Part shown: positions 32,688 to 33,259 of the stretch, piece by piece
Layout: each line of letters begins with the position of its first letter
How positions within the stretch are numbered: the stretch's first letter is position 1
Source: Jimgerdemannia flammicorona
Taxonomy: Eukaryota
Assembly (NCBI GenBank): GCA_003990765.1
Contig: RBNJ01000319.1
Span: 1 to 33,259 of the forward strand
Direction: 5' to 3'
Length of the DNA stretch: 33,259 bases
Notes under the pieces: generated by a model
Seen by the model: only the letters and a program-made list of their open reading frames with translations
What the model was told of the DNA's origin: nothing
The model's database searches: none
Made by a program: the position numbers and the translations under genes

Positions 32688-33020
32688 ATATAATTATTGA
32701 GACAGATAGCCAGACATAATATATAACTTATTAAATAAAATAATAGAAAAGAGATATAATCATCAAGATAGATAACCAGACATAATATATAACCCATCAA
32801 ATAAAATAATGAAAGCGAGATATAATTATCTAGATAGATAGCCAGATACAAAATATAATCTATCAAATAAAATAAAAATAAAAGAGAGATATAATCATCA
32901 TAGCAGATAGCCAGATATGAAAATAACCCATTAAATAAATTAATAAAAGGAAGATATAATCATTGAGATAGATAGCCAGATATAAAATCTAACTCATCAA
33001 ATAAAATAAAAATAAAAGGA
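32688..33020. repeat. Minisatellite, ~66-bp unit x5
   Basis: Anchor GATA(G/A)CCAGA at 32705, 32771, 32837, 32906, 32971. Confidence 0.85.
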
Positions 33021-33035
33021 GTCTTTTCAATTAGT

Positions 33036-33259
33036 AAGGTATACAGAAGATGAGCTACAAGAAAAGAAAAATGAGAGAATGAAGTAGAGAGAGTAAAGGC
33101 CACTCAAAAAATATATATATATATATATAGAAAATATATGCAATGCACCTTGAGTAAGGAGCACAGACAGCCTTTTAAAGCAGCAAGGCATATAGAAGAT
33201 GAGCTACAAGAAATGGAGATTGAGGAAATGAAGCAGAGAGAGTAAAGGCCCCTTAAAAA
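33036..33259. repeat. ~75-bp direct repeat with 149-bp spacing, runs off the window
   Basis: AGAAGATGAGCTACAAGAAA..AGAGAGAGTAAAGGCC at 33036-33110 and 33185-33259. Confidence 0.85.

Noticed and set aside
32688..33020. CRISPR-like 66-bp periodicity
   Set aside because: Whole units are mutually similar, with no unique spacers; it is a minisatellite.

Overview
This is a eukaryotic, intron-containing window, most likely from an early-diverging fungus. The HxDLHxGN kinase family, GC-rich genes and strongly CpG-depleted transposons suggest Mucoromycota, Endogonales-like; the taxon is an inference. Both ends are nests of decayed retroelements: Ty3/gypsy (one copy with a dUTPase remnant and an extra ORF after integrase), Ty1/copia, and L1/Tx1-like LINE pieces. 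The centre holds two tandem TRIM-like RING/B-box/coiled-coil genes with broken C-terminal parts, a proteinase K-type subtilisin pseudogene with a chain of microexons, and an intact two-exon TKL-type kinase. Three observations stand out. First, a full-length U6 snRNA copy sits in the gypsy RNase H with a 17-bp target-site duplication, and two more TSD-flanked poly(A)-only scars lie nearby. Second, the TRIM-like pair is unusual for a fungus. Third, RIP-like C>T/G>A hypermutation of repeats appears to stop abruptly at a poly(T) tract. All calls were made by eye, with no database searches.
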